A DNA stretch of 63,487 nucleotides, counting the filler, from Candidatus Woesearchaeota archaeon CG1_02_57_44 (GTDB taxonomy: Archaea; Nanobdellota; Nanobdellia; Woesearchaeales; CG1-02-57-44): assembly GCA_001871415.1 (NCBI GenBank). It is 5 parts of 5 records of this genome, joined end to end, with 100 filler letters (N's around TTAATTAATTAA, not from the genome) between each part and the next. Parts side by side here need not be neighbours in the genome. Positions count along the whole stretch, not along the records: positions 39,634 to 46,447 come from MNWW01000005.1; positions 46,548 to 53,456 come from MNWW01000034.1; 3 more parts are not named here. The stretch is one strand, 5' to 3'. The notes under the pieces were generated by a model. It was given only the letters and a program-made list of their open reading frames with translations. It made no database searches and was not told the DNA's origin. Shown here piece after piece: positions 39,740 through 49,101 of this stretch (position 1 is its first letter; every line of letters begins with the position of its first letter). Made by a program: the position numbers and the translations under genes.

Positions 39740-39876
39740 TTATTGCAAAGCACGGGGTTGAATACCCCGTCCTTCAGGACGTGCTTTGCAATTCAAAAAT
39801 CCGCCTGCAATGACGAGGCGCGGTAATACCGCGGCCTTCAGGCCGCGGTTAGCGCCGAGTGGCGGATTTTTGTTAT
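39740..39876 (+). repeat. Structured dispersed repeat, copy 2
   Basis: Reverse complement of 46626-46762 with one difference; starts 3 nt after a stop codon. Confidence 0.93.
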
Positions 39877-40033
39877 CTTCTTTCTCTATTGCTTGATGTA
39901 TCGCTCGGCATTATCCTGTGATGGGCAAGACACCAAGAGGTTGCGGTCTCATGCTTACAACAGTATAATATAAGAGGAAGAAAGCTGACGCGGTCGCGCC
40001 AGTACTTCTGCGCGGTGGATGGTGGATGTCGCC

Positions 40034-41653
40034 TCAGCACGTCGCGACAAATGCCTGCGTCTCCTTCAAATCAGCGGCGCCAATCTTCTTGGCACCTGTC
40101 CCCGCGCAGAGGAGGACGGGAAGTCCCTTGCCGGTCGCTTCTGGATAGCACTGCTCGATGACGTTCTGCTTGTCGTAAAAGTCCGCGTACACGACCTGCG
40201 TCCCTTCCTTTGCCACGGTCTGCACATTTGGCAGCATCTGCATGCACGGCGGGCAAGCATCAGTGTAGTAGTAGATTACCGTTGAGACATTCAGACCAAG
40301 CTTCTTTGCACAGGAAAACCCATTGCCCATCTGCGTGGTCATGGTCACATTGGACTCTTCGCCGGTGTTCACGTCGCGGATGATCACAGCAGTGGAATCC
40401 CCTGTCTGGTTGGCGGCTGTCGCGGGGGGGGTCATCGATGTGTTCTGCTCGGGCTGAGTCGTTTCCACCGCATCAGGTGTCGTGTCTTCTGTTGGTATGG
40501 CGCCTTCTGTCTGCGCATCTGCCATGGTGTCCTGCTTCGTCGAGTCTGTCGCGGGCTGCTGCGTCGTCGTAGGATCCTGTTGCAGCATGATGCGGATGGA
40601 CGCACGGGCGCGCAGCTGCGTGAGGTAGATGGCGAAGAGCTGCTGGCGCTTCTCTGATGCGAGCAGGCCCTTGATGTCAGGCTCCACATCCGTGTAGTTG
40701 AGCGGGCTTCCATCGAAACCCACGATGTCCGCGCGATTCTCATCATAGTAGCGCATGGCTTCCTCATCGGTGATGTCTGGGATATCGAGAGTAGCGTTCA
40801 GCAGGTTCTGGATAGACAACTGCACGGTTAGGGATTCTTTGATTTGATCCCAGGTGATATTCTGCCCTGTCATCTGTTGCTCTATCACATCCTTTGGATA
40901 GGGACTATTGGCCAAAAGCTCCTCGAGGGTCGCATCCACTTCCTGCTCGGTCACAGCGTATCCTTCTGCCTGGGCTTCCTGATAGAGCAGCTGCTCGGGG
41001 ATCAGGCTCTCATTGAGGAATGCGAACCTGGAGGTGAGCTGCTGCTGCGACGGGGACAACTGACTGTAGAGCTGGTCCAGTTCGGCCATGCTGATATCAT
41101 GGCCATTCACGCTCGCGGCTATCGCTGGTTGTGTCGTGGTCGCGTGGTTCGCGGCCAGCAGCCACCAGAGCAACGCGATGATCGCGACGAGAATCACGAA
41201 ATAGAGCATGCCTTTGCCGCTTATCTCATCATCCTCTGATTTCTCACGGCTATCTGTCGGTGGGGTCTTATGCGGCAAGCTGGTGCCGGTCACTGCGGGT
41301 GATTCGGGGTTATCAACATCTGCTTCATCATCAAGGATATCATTGTCTGATTCCTGTGCTTCGTCGATCTTCTCAGGAGTGGGTGACTCTTGGTCGTCGA
41401 GGTCCTTTTCCAGGGATTGTTCTTCTTTTGGCTCAGAATCTTTCTTCGCTTCTTTTTTAGCGGACTTCTTCGTGCGTGTGGCCTTGTGTTTTTTTGGCGG
41501 GGCCTTCGCAGCCAGTTTTTCCTTCGGCTGCGCTGCCTGCTTCTTGGCTTCGTCTAGCTCAAGGAAATCGTCGTCGGGCTCTGCCACGTAGACTTCGCCC
41601 TTGAACATCTTACGCGCTATATCGCTTGGAGAGAGATCTTCCCGGTCTGACAC
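40034..41653 (-). CDS. Membrane-anchored SurA-N-domain protein with C-terminal thioredoxin-like domain
   Basis: Acidic N-tail, one transmembrane segment, AASVNGHDIS..EL and LI.EQLLYQEA (SurA/PrsA N-domain), Thr-rich linker, YYTDACPPC. Confidence 0.78.
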   Translation of the reverse strand: MSDREDLSPSDIARKMFKGEVYVAEPDDDFLELDEAKKQAAQPKEKLAAKAPPKKHKATRTKKSAKKEAKKDSEPKEEQSLEKDLDDQESPTPEKIDEAQESDNDILDDEADVDNPESPAVTGTSLPHKTPPTDSREKSEDDEISGKGMLYFVILVAIIALLWWLLAANHATTTQPAIAASVNGHDISMAELDQLYSQLSPSQQQLTSRFAFLNESLIPEQLLYQEAQAEGYAVTEQEVDATLEELLANSPYPKDVIEQQMTGQNITWDQIKESLTVQLSIQNLLNATLDIPDITDEEAMRYYDENRADIVGFDGSPLNYTDVEPDIKGLLASEKRQQLFAIYLTQLRARASIRIMLQQDPTTTQQPATDSTKQDTMADAQTEGAIPTEDTTPDAVETTQPEQNTSMTPPATAANQTGDSTAVIIRDVNTGEESNVTMTTQMGNGFSCAKKLGLNVSTVIYYYTDACPPCMQMLPNVQTVAKEGTQVVYADFYDKQNVIEQCYPEATGKGLPVLLCAGTGAKKIGAADLKETQAFVATC

Positions 41654-41862
41654 GCTTTACGCCTCCATGATTGTTGGTCCTGATAGTCTATCGGTCGCTT
41701 CAGGGTGATCGATATGGCACTATGGCCTCTCGTCCGCACCCCGAATGTGATTCTACTCTGTAATGGTATATTTTTCCAGTGGTGTTGAAGGGCAGTAGTA
41801 CATAAACGTTTCGGAATAATCTTCGGAAAAGCTTTAATACACCGTCGCCAGTGAATACTGCT

Positions 41863-43179
41863 ATGTATGAAATCGTCATCGGCCGACAGGAAAAAGACAA
41901 GAAAGCGTTCGGCCTCTCCGGGACCATCCTACTGGGCAAGCAGTACATCCAGATGGGGCAGACCACCAGCATGAGCAATGAGGTCTACCTGGATGTGACG
42001 CGCAGCCACGTGGTATTCGTCTGCGGCAAGCGTGGCGGCGGAAAATCATACACCATGGGGGTCATCGCCGAAGGCATGGCGTCATTGCCGCCGGACATCA
42101 GCAAGAACCTGGCCATCGTCATGCTCGACACCATGGGCATCTATTGGGCCATGAAGTATCCGAACCACAAGGACGAGGAGCTGCTCAAGCAATGGGGCAT
42201 GAAGCCCCAGGGCCTGGATGTCACCATCTTCACACCGAAAGGCTACTATAAGACCTACAAGGAGCAGGGCATCCCCACAGACAAGCCGTTCGCCATACCG
42301 CCGTCGGAGCTCGCGCCCAGCGACTGGTGCAACACGTTCAGCATCGATGCCAGCAGCCCTGTCGGTGTCGTCATCGAGCGGGCCATAGGCGCATTGCTTG
42401 AGGGCGGCACGAATTTTTCCATGGACGATATTGTCGCCGCTGTATGCGCGGATGAGCGCGCAGAGCAGAGCGTCAAGGACGCTGCTGAAAATAGGTTTTT
42501 GGTCGCCAAGAGCTGGGGGCTCTTTGATACGGAAGGAACACCGTTCTCGGACATCATCGCTGGCGGTCAGGTCACGGTCTTGGATGTCAGTTGCTATGCT
42601 ACTGCTCCTGGGGGCGCGGACGTCAGGGCACTGGTCATCGCGCTCGTGTCACAAAAGCTCTTTGTGCAGCGCATGATAGCGCGCAAGTTCGAGGAGTTCG
42701 CCGCGGTCAGCAAGGCGACCAGTTATTTCTCTCCTGACGTCGAAGGCGCCAAGCGCATGCCGCTCGTCTGGCTGGTCGTCGACGAGGCCCACGAGTTCCT
42801 GCCGAACGATCACAGCACGGTCGCCAGTCAGCCGCTCATCACCATCATGCGCGAGGGCAGGCAGCCGGGCATCAGCCTCATCCTGGCCACGCAGCAGCCC
42901 GGCAAGATTCACACGGATGTCATGACGCAAAGCGACATTGTCATCGCGCACAGGATAACCGCGCGCATCGACACAGAAGCGCTAGGGGCCTTGATGCAGT
43001 CATACATGCGCGAAGGCCTCGCCGTGCAGCTGGATAACCTGCCGCGCACCAAGGGCAGCGCGCTGGTCTTCGACGACACCAATGAACGCCTTTTTCCTAT
43101 CAAGGTACGGCCACGCACGACGTGGCACGGCGGCGAGAGCCCCACAGCCATGCCTGACAAGAAACAGGAATTGGGGTGA
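41863..43179 (+). CDS. HerA/FtsK-like ATPase (DUF87) without HAS barrel
   Basis: GKRGGGKSYT, DTMGIYW, VVDEAHEF, REGRQPG and ATQQP motifs. Confidence 0.85.
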   Translation: MYEIVIGRQEKDKKAFGLSGTILLGKQYIQMGQTTSMSNEVYLDVTRSHVVFVCGKRGGGKSYTMGVIAEGMASLPPDISKNLAIVMLDTMGIYWAMKYPNHKDEELLKQWGMKPQGLDVTIFTPKGYYKTYKEQGIPTDKPFAIPPSELAPSDWCNTFSIDASSPVGVVIERAIGALLEGGTNFSMDDIVAAVCADERAEQSVKDAAENRFLVAKSWGLFDTEGTPFSDIIAGGQVTVLDVSCYATAPGGADVRALVIALVSQKLFVQRMIARKFEEFAAVSKATSYFSPDVEGAKRMPLVWLVVDEAHEFLPNDHSTVASQPLITIMREGRQPGISLILATQQPGKIHTDVMTQSDIVIAHRITARIDTEALGALMQSYMREGLAVQLDNLPRTKGSALVFDDTNERLFPIKVRPRTTWHGGESPTAMPDKKQELG

Positions 43180-43356
43180 CGCGTCAGCAGCGCTTCTTTG
43201 GCGCTCTTCCTGCCATGGTTTATGCAGTACTTCTTCATGCTATATTATGAATAGAATCACCTAGCGTCCACATCTATGTAAATTAATTCTATGTAAAATT
43301 CTATACAGAAGCGTCATGGTTCGCAATTGGCATGATCCTGCCCTGGTTCTTCGCGC

Positions 43357-43557
43357 TCACTTCTTCGCGTCGGGCACGGTGCTGTAGAACGCCGATATGA
43401 TGAATATCAGGAAGAGCAGTGTGAAGGCGAAACCCCAGCTGCGGTCAAGGCGGCCGGACGCGGTGAAGAGGATGGATGCGATGAGCGCGATGATGGAGAC
43501 GCCCATGAAGGTCTGGTTCAGAGGTGTTCGTGTGGATGAGGTGCGTGACGATGCCAT
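43357..43557 (-). CDS. Small two-TM membrane protein
   Basis: Two hydrophobic helices; TATA-like element upstream; start moved to ATG 43557. Confidence 0.65.
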   Translation of the reverse strand: MASSRTSSTRTPLNQTFMGVSIIALIASILFTASGRLDRSWGFAFTLLFLIFIISAFYSTVPDAKK

Positions 43558-43666
43558 ACCTCTCTGGTTGGGGAGAGTGTATATAAAGCTTATGGGGTGG
43601 CATGGAGAGCGGCGCATCAGCTGTCGGGCAGCAAAGCATATAAACACGGCAGGCCTTCCTCTGTCC

Positions 43667-43843
43667 ATGGCACGCGACAGGGTCAACATGCCCATGAGCA
43701 CAGCGGGCATCACCCGCTACTTCGACGACTATAAGAGCAAGGTCGAGATACTGCCAGGCCACGTGCTCCTGTTGATAGGGCTGGTGGTGCTGGGCATCAT
43801 CCTGATGTTTTCCTTTGCCCAGGGCTTTTTCGGCATCCAGTGA
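43667..43843 (+). CDS. secG: Preprotein translocase subunit Sec61beta
   Basis: MPMSTAGITRYFDD..SKVEI.P..V plus one transmembrane segment. Confidence 0.88.
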   Translation: MARDRVNMPMSTAGITRYFDDYKSKVEILPGHVLLLIGLVVLGIILMFSFAQGFFGIQ

Positions 43844-43925
43844 GACGCTCATGCAGGATTACGTTCGCATCCCCCGTGGCCATCGGCGATGATTGCGCTA
43901 TAAAAAAGCATACTCCACGATTCCC

Positions 43926-44267
43926 ATGATACCCGGCATGAACAAACGGCAGATGGAGCAGGCCATGCGCAGGCTCGGTATCAAGCAGGAAGAGCTTGAC
44001 GCAGAGCAAGTGGTCATCAGGACCGCTGACTACGACCTGGTCATCGATAGTCCCCATGTGGCGAAAGTCAATGCCATGGGACAGGAATCCTACCAGATAA
44101 CGGGCGATGCTGTCAGGGTCGAGCGTGAGCAGCCAGCTGTCACCATTGATGCTGACGATATCGCGACCGTCGCGGCGCAGGCCGGCGTGAGTGAAGAAGA
44201 GGCTCGCGCGGCGCTGGAAGAGGCCAAGGGTGATCTCGCGGCCGCGATACTGGCCTTGCAGGGATGA
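43926..44267 (+). CDS. nac: Nascent polypeptide-associated complex protein
   Basis: MIPGMNKRQMEQAMRRLGI, MGQESYQITG, and UBA-like GDLAAAIL. Confidence 0.93.
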   Translation: MIPGMNKRQMEQAMRRLGIKQEELDAEQVVIRTADYDLVIDSPHVAKVNAMGQESYQITGDAVRVEREQPAVTIDADDIATVAAQAGVSEEEARAALEEAKGDLAAAILALQG

Positions 44268-44503
44268 CGGATTCGGGCTCTTCATTCTTTGATGTGTTCT
44301 CTGCGGTGTTGCAGGTCCGCGATCGCCTATCGCTTGTCTTGTATAGAGCTTCTCTATGGAACAGACCCGGGCTGGACGACATTTGCTCTCCAGACAATTC
44401 TCCCCTCCCTTTGTGTCTCTGCTATTCATTTCCGCAATCCGGAAGCAACCTTTAAGAACCTGGGGCACTTTGCTATCCTGATGGCATTCTCCGGTGATTG
44501 CGC

Positions 44504-45001
44504 ATGATCGAGGCCATCGCATCCTCCAAGGAAGAACTCAAACGCGCTGACCATCTCATCTATGTCTCGCTCAAGTACACGCGCACAGTCGATGTCATCA
44601 AGAGCATCATCGATAGGTTGCTCAACGCGCACGCGTTCATGGTCGACGCCAGCATCCAGTGGGCGCAGCGCGAGAAGATAATCGCCGAGGACGCGGAAGT
44701 CCCAAAGAGCCCGGTGATGAAGGCTGAGCGGCTCGGCGAGCTGTTCAAGGATAACGAGACCATCGTCAATTTCCTTGATTTCTACCTGTTTCTACGCAAG
44801 GTCGCGCGCGCAGGATATACGGCGCACAGGGAGTACCGACGTCACGTGACCATGAGCGCCATGGTGGACGGCAAGCAGATAGACATCACCATCGATGTCA
44901 TCCACGGCTACTATGAGCGCAGCAAGGAGTTCCAGGTGTTCCTGGAAGAGAAATTGAGCGACGAGGAAAAAGCGCAGGCTCACGAATGGTACGTGCGATA
45001 G
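44504..45001 (+). CDS. Hypothetical protein
   Basis: GGTGA ribosome-binding site; overlaps the start of minD. Confidence 0.75.
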   Translation: MIEAIASSKEELKRADHLIYVSLKYTRTVDVIKSIIDRLLNAHAFMVDASIQWAQREKIIAEDAEVPKSPVMKAERLGELFKDNETIVNFLDFYLFLRKVARAGYTAHREYRRHVTMSAMVDGKQIDITIDVIHGYYERSKEFQVFLEEKLSDEEKAQAHEWYVR

Positions 45002-45765
45002 CGATACTCAGCGGCAAAGGCGGCGTCGGCAAGACCACCCTCGCCATCAACCTGGGGGTCGCGCTCTCCCGCTACGGCCGCCACGTCATCGTCCTTGACG
45101 CCAATCCCCATGGTCCTCACATAGCCGCCAGCCTTGGCGAGCACAAGCCAGAGCGCGTTCTTGATGAGGCACTCTCGGGCAAGCGGCATGCGACCGAGGT
45201 CGTGCATCTTCATCCTTCAGGCCTGAAGGTGGTTCCTGCATCGCCGCGGCATGACGCAGGCGTGATGGGGCTTGACAAGCTTGGCATGGTCGTCGAGGAG
45301 CTCAAGCAGCGCACAGAACTGGTTCTTATCGACGCGGCTCCAGGACTGGAAGCGCACGCGCGCGCGGCCATGCAGGTGGCTGATGATATCCTGCTGGTCG
45401 TCACCGCGGATTTGCTCAGCACCGCTGACGCACTGCGGACCATCAAGATGGCGCAGGACAGGGGCAAGGGCGTCTATGGTATTGTCGTCAACCGCTACCA
45501 CGGCGATGACGCGGACCTTGATGTGGCCAGCATCCAGACGCTCACGGGCAGTCAGGTGTTAGTGGTCATTCCAGAGGATGCGCATGTGCGCAAAGCGCTA
45601 CGGCAGCGGCAACCTTTGCTCGCAGCGTATTCTGACAGCAAGGCCTCCAAAGCAATCCTCCGGCTGGCCACGCTCATGAGCGGTACATTGCCCCAGGACC
45701 CTACGCGCGCACCTGAAGGGAAACAGGAAGTGGTGGGCAGGGTCTTCAAGGTCTTCGGCAGGTAG
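44986..45765 (+). CDS. minD: MinD/ParA-family ATPase
   Basis: SGKGGVGKTT deviant Walker A, IDAAPG and IPED..VR motifs. Confidence 0.88.
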   Translation: MVRAIAILSGKGGVGKTTLAINLGVALSRYGRHVIVLDANPHGPHIAASLGEHKPERVLDEALSGKRHATEVVHLHPSGLKVVPASPRHDAGVMGLDKLGMVVEELKQRTELVLIDAAPGLEAHARAAMQVADDILLVVTADLLSTADALRTIKMAQDRGKGVYGIVVNRYHGDDADLDVASIQTLTGSQVLVVIPEDAHVRKALRQRQPLLAAYSDSKASKAILRLATLMSGTLPQDPTRAPEGKQEVVGRVFKVFGR

Positions 45766-45849
45766 AAACATATATATGGAACGCTGCCAAAGTATCCCCG
45801 AGGTCTTGGTCGCGTGTGGAACGCGCCTTATAACCCTTCGTGATCAGCG

Positions 45850-46329
45850 ATGGACGAAGCAAAACTCCGGCAAAAAGGATGGAGCGAAGAGGAGCTCGCG
45901 CACGCGCGCATCGTGCTTGATAAGACGGAGAGTCCCTTATGGGTGTCCGTGCTTTACTGGACATTCCTGCTGCTCGCCATCATCGCGAACCTGTTCGTGT
46001 CCATTGTGCTCTTCCCCCTGCTCATCATCAGCAAGAGCGGGCTGCTCTACCTGCTCGTGGTCATGCTGGGCTTTGTGTTCGGGTTCGTGTTCTCGCTCAT
46101 CCTGCGCGACATCGACGCACTGGACGTGCGCCACCATGTTATCGCAGGGGTCTTTATTCCCGCGCTCGCGTTCGTCAATGTCGCTTATATGACCGCGGTC
46201 GCCAGCAGGGCATCAGTGGTGCTTGGCATTCAGGCGACCCAGAACCCGCTGTACGTCTCGCTCTCCTACGCCCTGGCGTTCATCGCGTCATTCTTTGGCA
46301 CCAGGCTCCTGGAACGCAAAATTATATAA
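45850..46329 (+). CDS. Four-TM hypothetical membrane protein
   Basis: KLRQKGWSEEE N-terminus followed by four hydrophobic helices. Confidence 0.75.
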   Translation: MDEAKLRQKGWSEEELAHARIVLDKTESPLWVSVLYWTFLLLAIIANLFVSIVLFPLLIISKSGLLYLLVVMLGFVFGFVFSLILRDIDALDVRHHVIAGVFIPALAFVNVAYMTAVASRASVVLGIQATQNPLYVSLSYALAFIASFFGTRLLERKII

Positions 46330-46373
46330 GACCCCCTGGATTTGTGTGTTTGCTGCTGATATGGTATGTATAT

Positions 46374-46447
46374 GGTGGCTGTAGTGTATTCCGGCAGCAT
46401 GTGGGACTGTGGATCCTTTGGACCGGGTTCAAATCCCGGCAGCCGCC
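46374..46447 (+). tRNA. tRNA-His (anticodon GTG), with genome-encoded G-1
   Basis: Acceptor GTGGCTG/CAGCCGC with G-1:C73, anticodon loop CTGTGGA, T-arm CCGGG-TTCAAAT-CCCGG; ends at the contig edge. Confidence 0.88.
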
Positions 46448-46547
46448 NNNNNNNNNNNNNNNNNNNNNNNNNNNNNNNNNNNNNNNNNNNNTTAATTAAT
46501 TAANNNNNNNNNNNNNNNNNNNNNNNNNNNNNNNNNNNNNNNNNNNN
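46448..46547. other. Artificial contig linker
   Basis: N44-TTAATTAATTAA-N44. Confidence 0.97.
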
Positions 46548-46625
46548 CCAGCAAGCCAGCCTCTCTGCCCCACCAGTTCAGAGTTCAGATAGCGCATAGC
46601 TCATCGCAAGTATCACGAGATATAA

Positions 46626-46762
46626 ATAACAAAAATCCACCACTCGGCGCTAACCGCGGCCTGAAGGCCGCGGTATTACCGCGCCTCGTCATTGCAGGCG
46701 GATTTTTGAATTGCAAAGCACGTCCTGAAGGACGGGGTATTCAACCCCGTGCTTTGCAATAA
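46626..46762 (-). repeat. Structured dispersed repeat, copy 3
   Basis: Matches copies 1 and 2; lies 57 bp downstream of the metK stop. Confidence 0.93.
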
Positions 46763-46818
46763 TATTGAAGCCAGAAAAATAATGGAAAAAATATCGCGCA
46801 TCATTGCGCGTATATCAT

Positions 46819-47973
46819 CTACTTGAGCAGTTCCGCCTTGAGCACTGAGGTCAAATCAGTTTTTTCCCAGGTGCGGTCAGGATCTTCCGTCCCGAAATGT
46901 CCATAAGCCGCGGTCTGGCTGTAGATGGGCCTTCGCAGCTTCAGGTGGGTGATGATGCCTCTGGGCGTCAATGGGACGTGCTTTCGTATAGCAGCGGAAA
47001 TTTTTTCTTCCGATACTTTGGCTGTGCCCCTGCATTCGATGTTCACGCTCAACGGCTCGGCGACACCGATGACATAGGAGAGCTGTACTTCGCATTCCGT
47101 CGCCAGCCCTGCCGCCACCACATTCTTCGCAAGGTATCTGGCCATGTACGCGCCGCTTCTGTCCACCTTGCTCGGGTCTTTGCCGCTGAACGCGCCGCCG
47201 CCATGGCGTCCGACGCCACCGTATGTGTCGACGATGATTTTACGTCCCGTCAGGCCAGTGTCAGCTTCAGGCCCGCCTTTGATGAATCGTCCGGTCGCGT
47301 TGATGTGGTACTTTGTGTTCTCATCGAGGTATGGGCCGCAGATAGGTTTGATGACTTTCTCCATCACCGCGTCACGAAGTTCCTCTTCGGTGATTTCCTC
47401 CGTGTGCTGCTGGGCCACTACGACAGCTTCAATGCGCACCGGCTTGCCGTCCAGGTATTCGACGGTCACCTGGGTCTTGCCGTCAGGACCAAGATGCGCT
47501 ATGGTCTTGCTCTTGCGCATGTGTGCGAGGCGTCGCGCCATCTTGTGCGCGATGCTGATGGGCAATGGCATAAGTTCCGGCGTCTCATTTAAGGCAAAAC
47601 CGTACATGATGCCCTGATCGCCAGCACCTACTTCATCGTCTTCCTGCACAACACCTTGGGCGATATCAGGGCTTTGCTCGTGGATTGCGACGAGCACGCC
47701 TGCGTCTTCGTAGTCTATGCCGAAGCGTGGGTCTGTATAACCAATGCGTTCAAGGGTGGCGCGAACCACCTGTTGCGCATCCACATAGCCTGTGGTGGTC
47801 ACTTCTCCGGCGACAATGATGGTGCCTGTCGTGGTCAGGCACTCGACCGCGACGCGTGACATCGGGTCTTGTTTGATGAGTTCATCAAGGATGGCATCGC
47901 TGATCTGGTCGCAGACCTTGTCGGGATGTCCCTCGGTCACTGATTCACTGGTGATGTAATAGCGTTTCCCCAT
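46819..47973 (-). CDS. metK: S-adenosylmethionine synthetase (bacterial/eukaryal type)
   Basis: [31 protein letters not shown] and [16 protein letters not shown] motifs; GGAGGT site. Confidence 0.97.
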   Translation of the reverse strand: MGKRYYITSESVTEGHPDKVCDQISDAILDELIKQDPMSRVAVECLTTTGTIIVAGEVTTTGYVDAQQVVRATLERIGYTDPRFGIDYEDAGVLVAIHEQSPDIAQGVVQEDDEVGAGDQGIMYGFALNETPELMPLPISIAHKMARRLAHMRKSKTIAHLGPDGKTQVTVEYLDGKPVRIEAVVVAQQHTEEITEEELRDAVMEKVIKPICGPYLDENTKYHINATGRFIKGGPEADTGLTGRKIIVDTYGGVGRHGGGAFSGKDPSKVDRSGAYMARYLAKNVVAAGLATECEVQLSYVIGVAEPLSVNIECRGTAKVSEEKISAAIRKHVPLTPRGIITHLKLRRPIYSQTAAYGHFGTEDPDRTWEKTDLTSVLKAELLK

Positions 47974-48126
47974 GTGTGTTACCTCCGTTCGCGAGCAACG
48001 CTGTGTACAATATAAATGTTTTGCAGGGCCTTTTCCACAGCTTCGCGACGCATTATTCTGATGGGATTTCTTTCGGCCTTTCCGGAATTTTTGCGGATGT
48101 GCATCGCGTTTGCGAATGATTGCGCC

Positions 48127-48180
48127 CGTATGATTGCCTCTTTAGGTATTGCTCGTATGACTGCTTTTTTTGGTATTGCT
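48127..48180. repeat. 27-nt imperfect tandem duplication
   Basis: CGTATGATTGCCTCTTTAGGTATTGCT followed by CGTATGACTGCTTTTTTTGGTATTGCT. Confidence 0.75.
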
Positions 48181-48286
48181 CTTTTTCCTGCCTGGCATTG
48201 TTGTTGGTAACGCACAGTTCTTGATGTGTGGCCTGGCAACAAGATGACTACAAATGCTTTTATGCTGAGGATGACTTGCACCCATC

Positions 48287-48808
48287 ATGGCATTGCGTGA
48301 CCAAGTTTCGTCTGCGTCAGGGAGTCTTACCCAGGATGTGCAGGTTCACGACTTTTTTCCCGTGCGTGATGATGTGCGCGATGCAGTATCTTCTCATGAA
48401 TCGAATGCGGAAAAGACGGTCATGTGCTTTGGTACCTTTGATGTATTACACCCCGGGCACATCGCCTATTTGCGTGAAGCCGCGTCTTACGGTTCTCGCC
48501 TGGTCGTGATAGTGGCGCGGGATGCAACAGTGCTGCGTATCAAAGGAAAGGTGCCCCTGCATACGGAAGAGCAACGGTTGCGCGCTGTCGCGGCGCGAGA
48601 GAGCATTGCGGTGTTGGGTGGTGTGGACGATCCCTACGAGGTGCTCTCGCTATTTCATCCCGCTGTTCTGTGCCTGGGATACGACCAGCGTGGATTTGCT
48701 GACGGACTTGCTGAGGCGCTGCGGGAGCGGAAACTTTCACCTCGCGTGGTCAGGGCAAGCGCCTTTCATCCTGAGCGCTATAAATCATCGCGCATGAGAC
48801 TTGCGTGA
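48287..48808 (+). CDS. ribL: FAD synthase (RibL-type cytidylyltransferase fold)
   Basis: FGTFDVLHPGH, VIVARD, LGYDQ and YKSS motifs. Confidence 0.82.
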   Translation: MALRDQVSSASGSLTQDVQVHDFFPVRDDVRDAVSSHESNAEKTVMCFGTFDVLHPGHIAYLREAASYGSRLVVIVARDATVLRIKGKVPLHTEEQRLRAVAARESIAVLGGVDDPYEVLSLFHPAVLCLGYDQRGFADGLAEALRERKLSPRVVRASAFHPERYKSSRMRLA

Positions 48809-49101
48809 CGACTTGCGCAATATAGTCCCTGGCACACTTCGTCATTGTTCATTTTACATGACCCGTGAGTGACTGGATGCTTCTTGGATGGGTAATTGCT
48901 TCTGGATGACCGAAATATTCTTTATGGGCTGGGTGTTCCTGCTATGCTATATGTATGCCCTCCTATGGAGTGACACGTCGGTGATACTACCATAAAGTTT
49001 ATATAGAAGTTGCGATTCAAGGATAACAACATTTTGGTGGGTGGGTCTGTTGGCAGGCACTGCCGACTGTCATTGAGGGTATTCCAGCAAAACCACTTGG
49101 G

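Noticed and set aside
39941..39969. Sigma70-like TTGCGG-N17-TATAAT
   Set aside because: The host appears archaeal and the motif points into the 3' end of an opposite-strand gene; likely chance.
47974..48286. SAM riboswitch upstream of metK
   Set aside because: A TATA-like element lies only about 36 bp from the ATG, leaving no room, and no SAM-riboswitch consensus was recognised.
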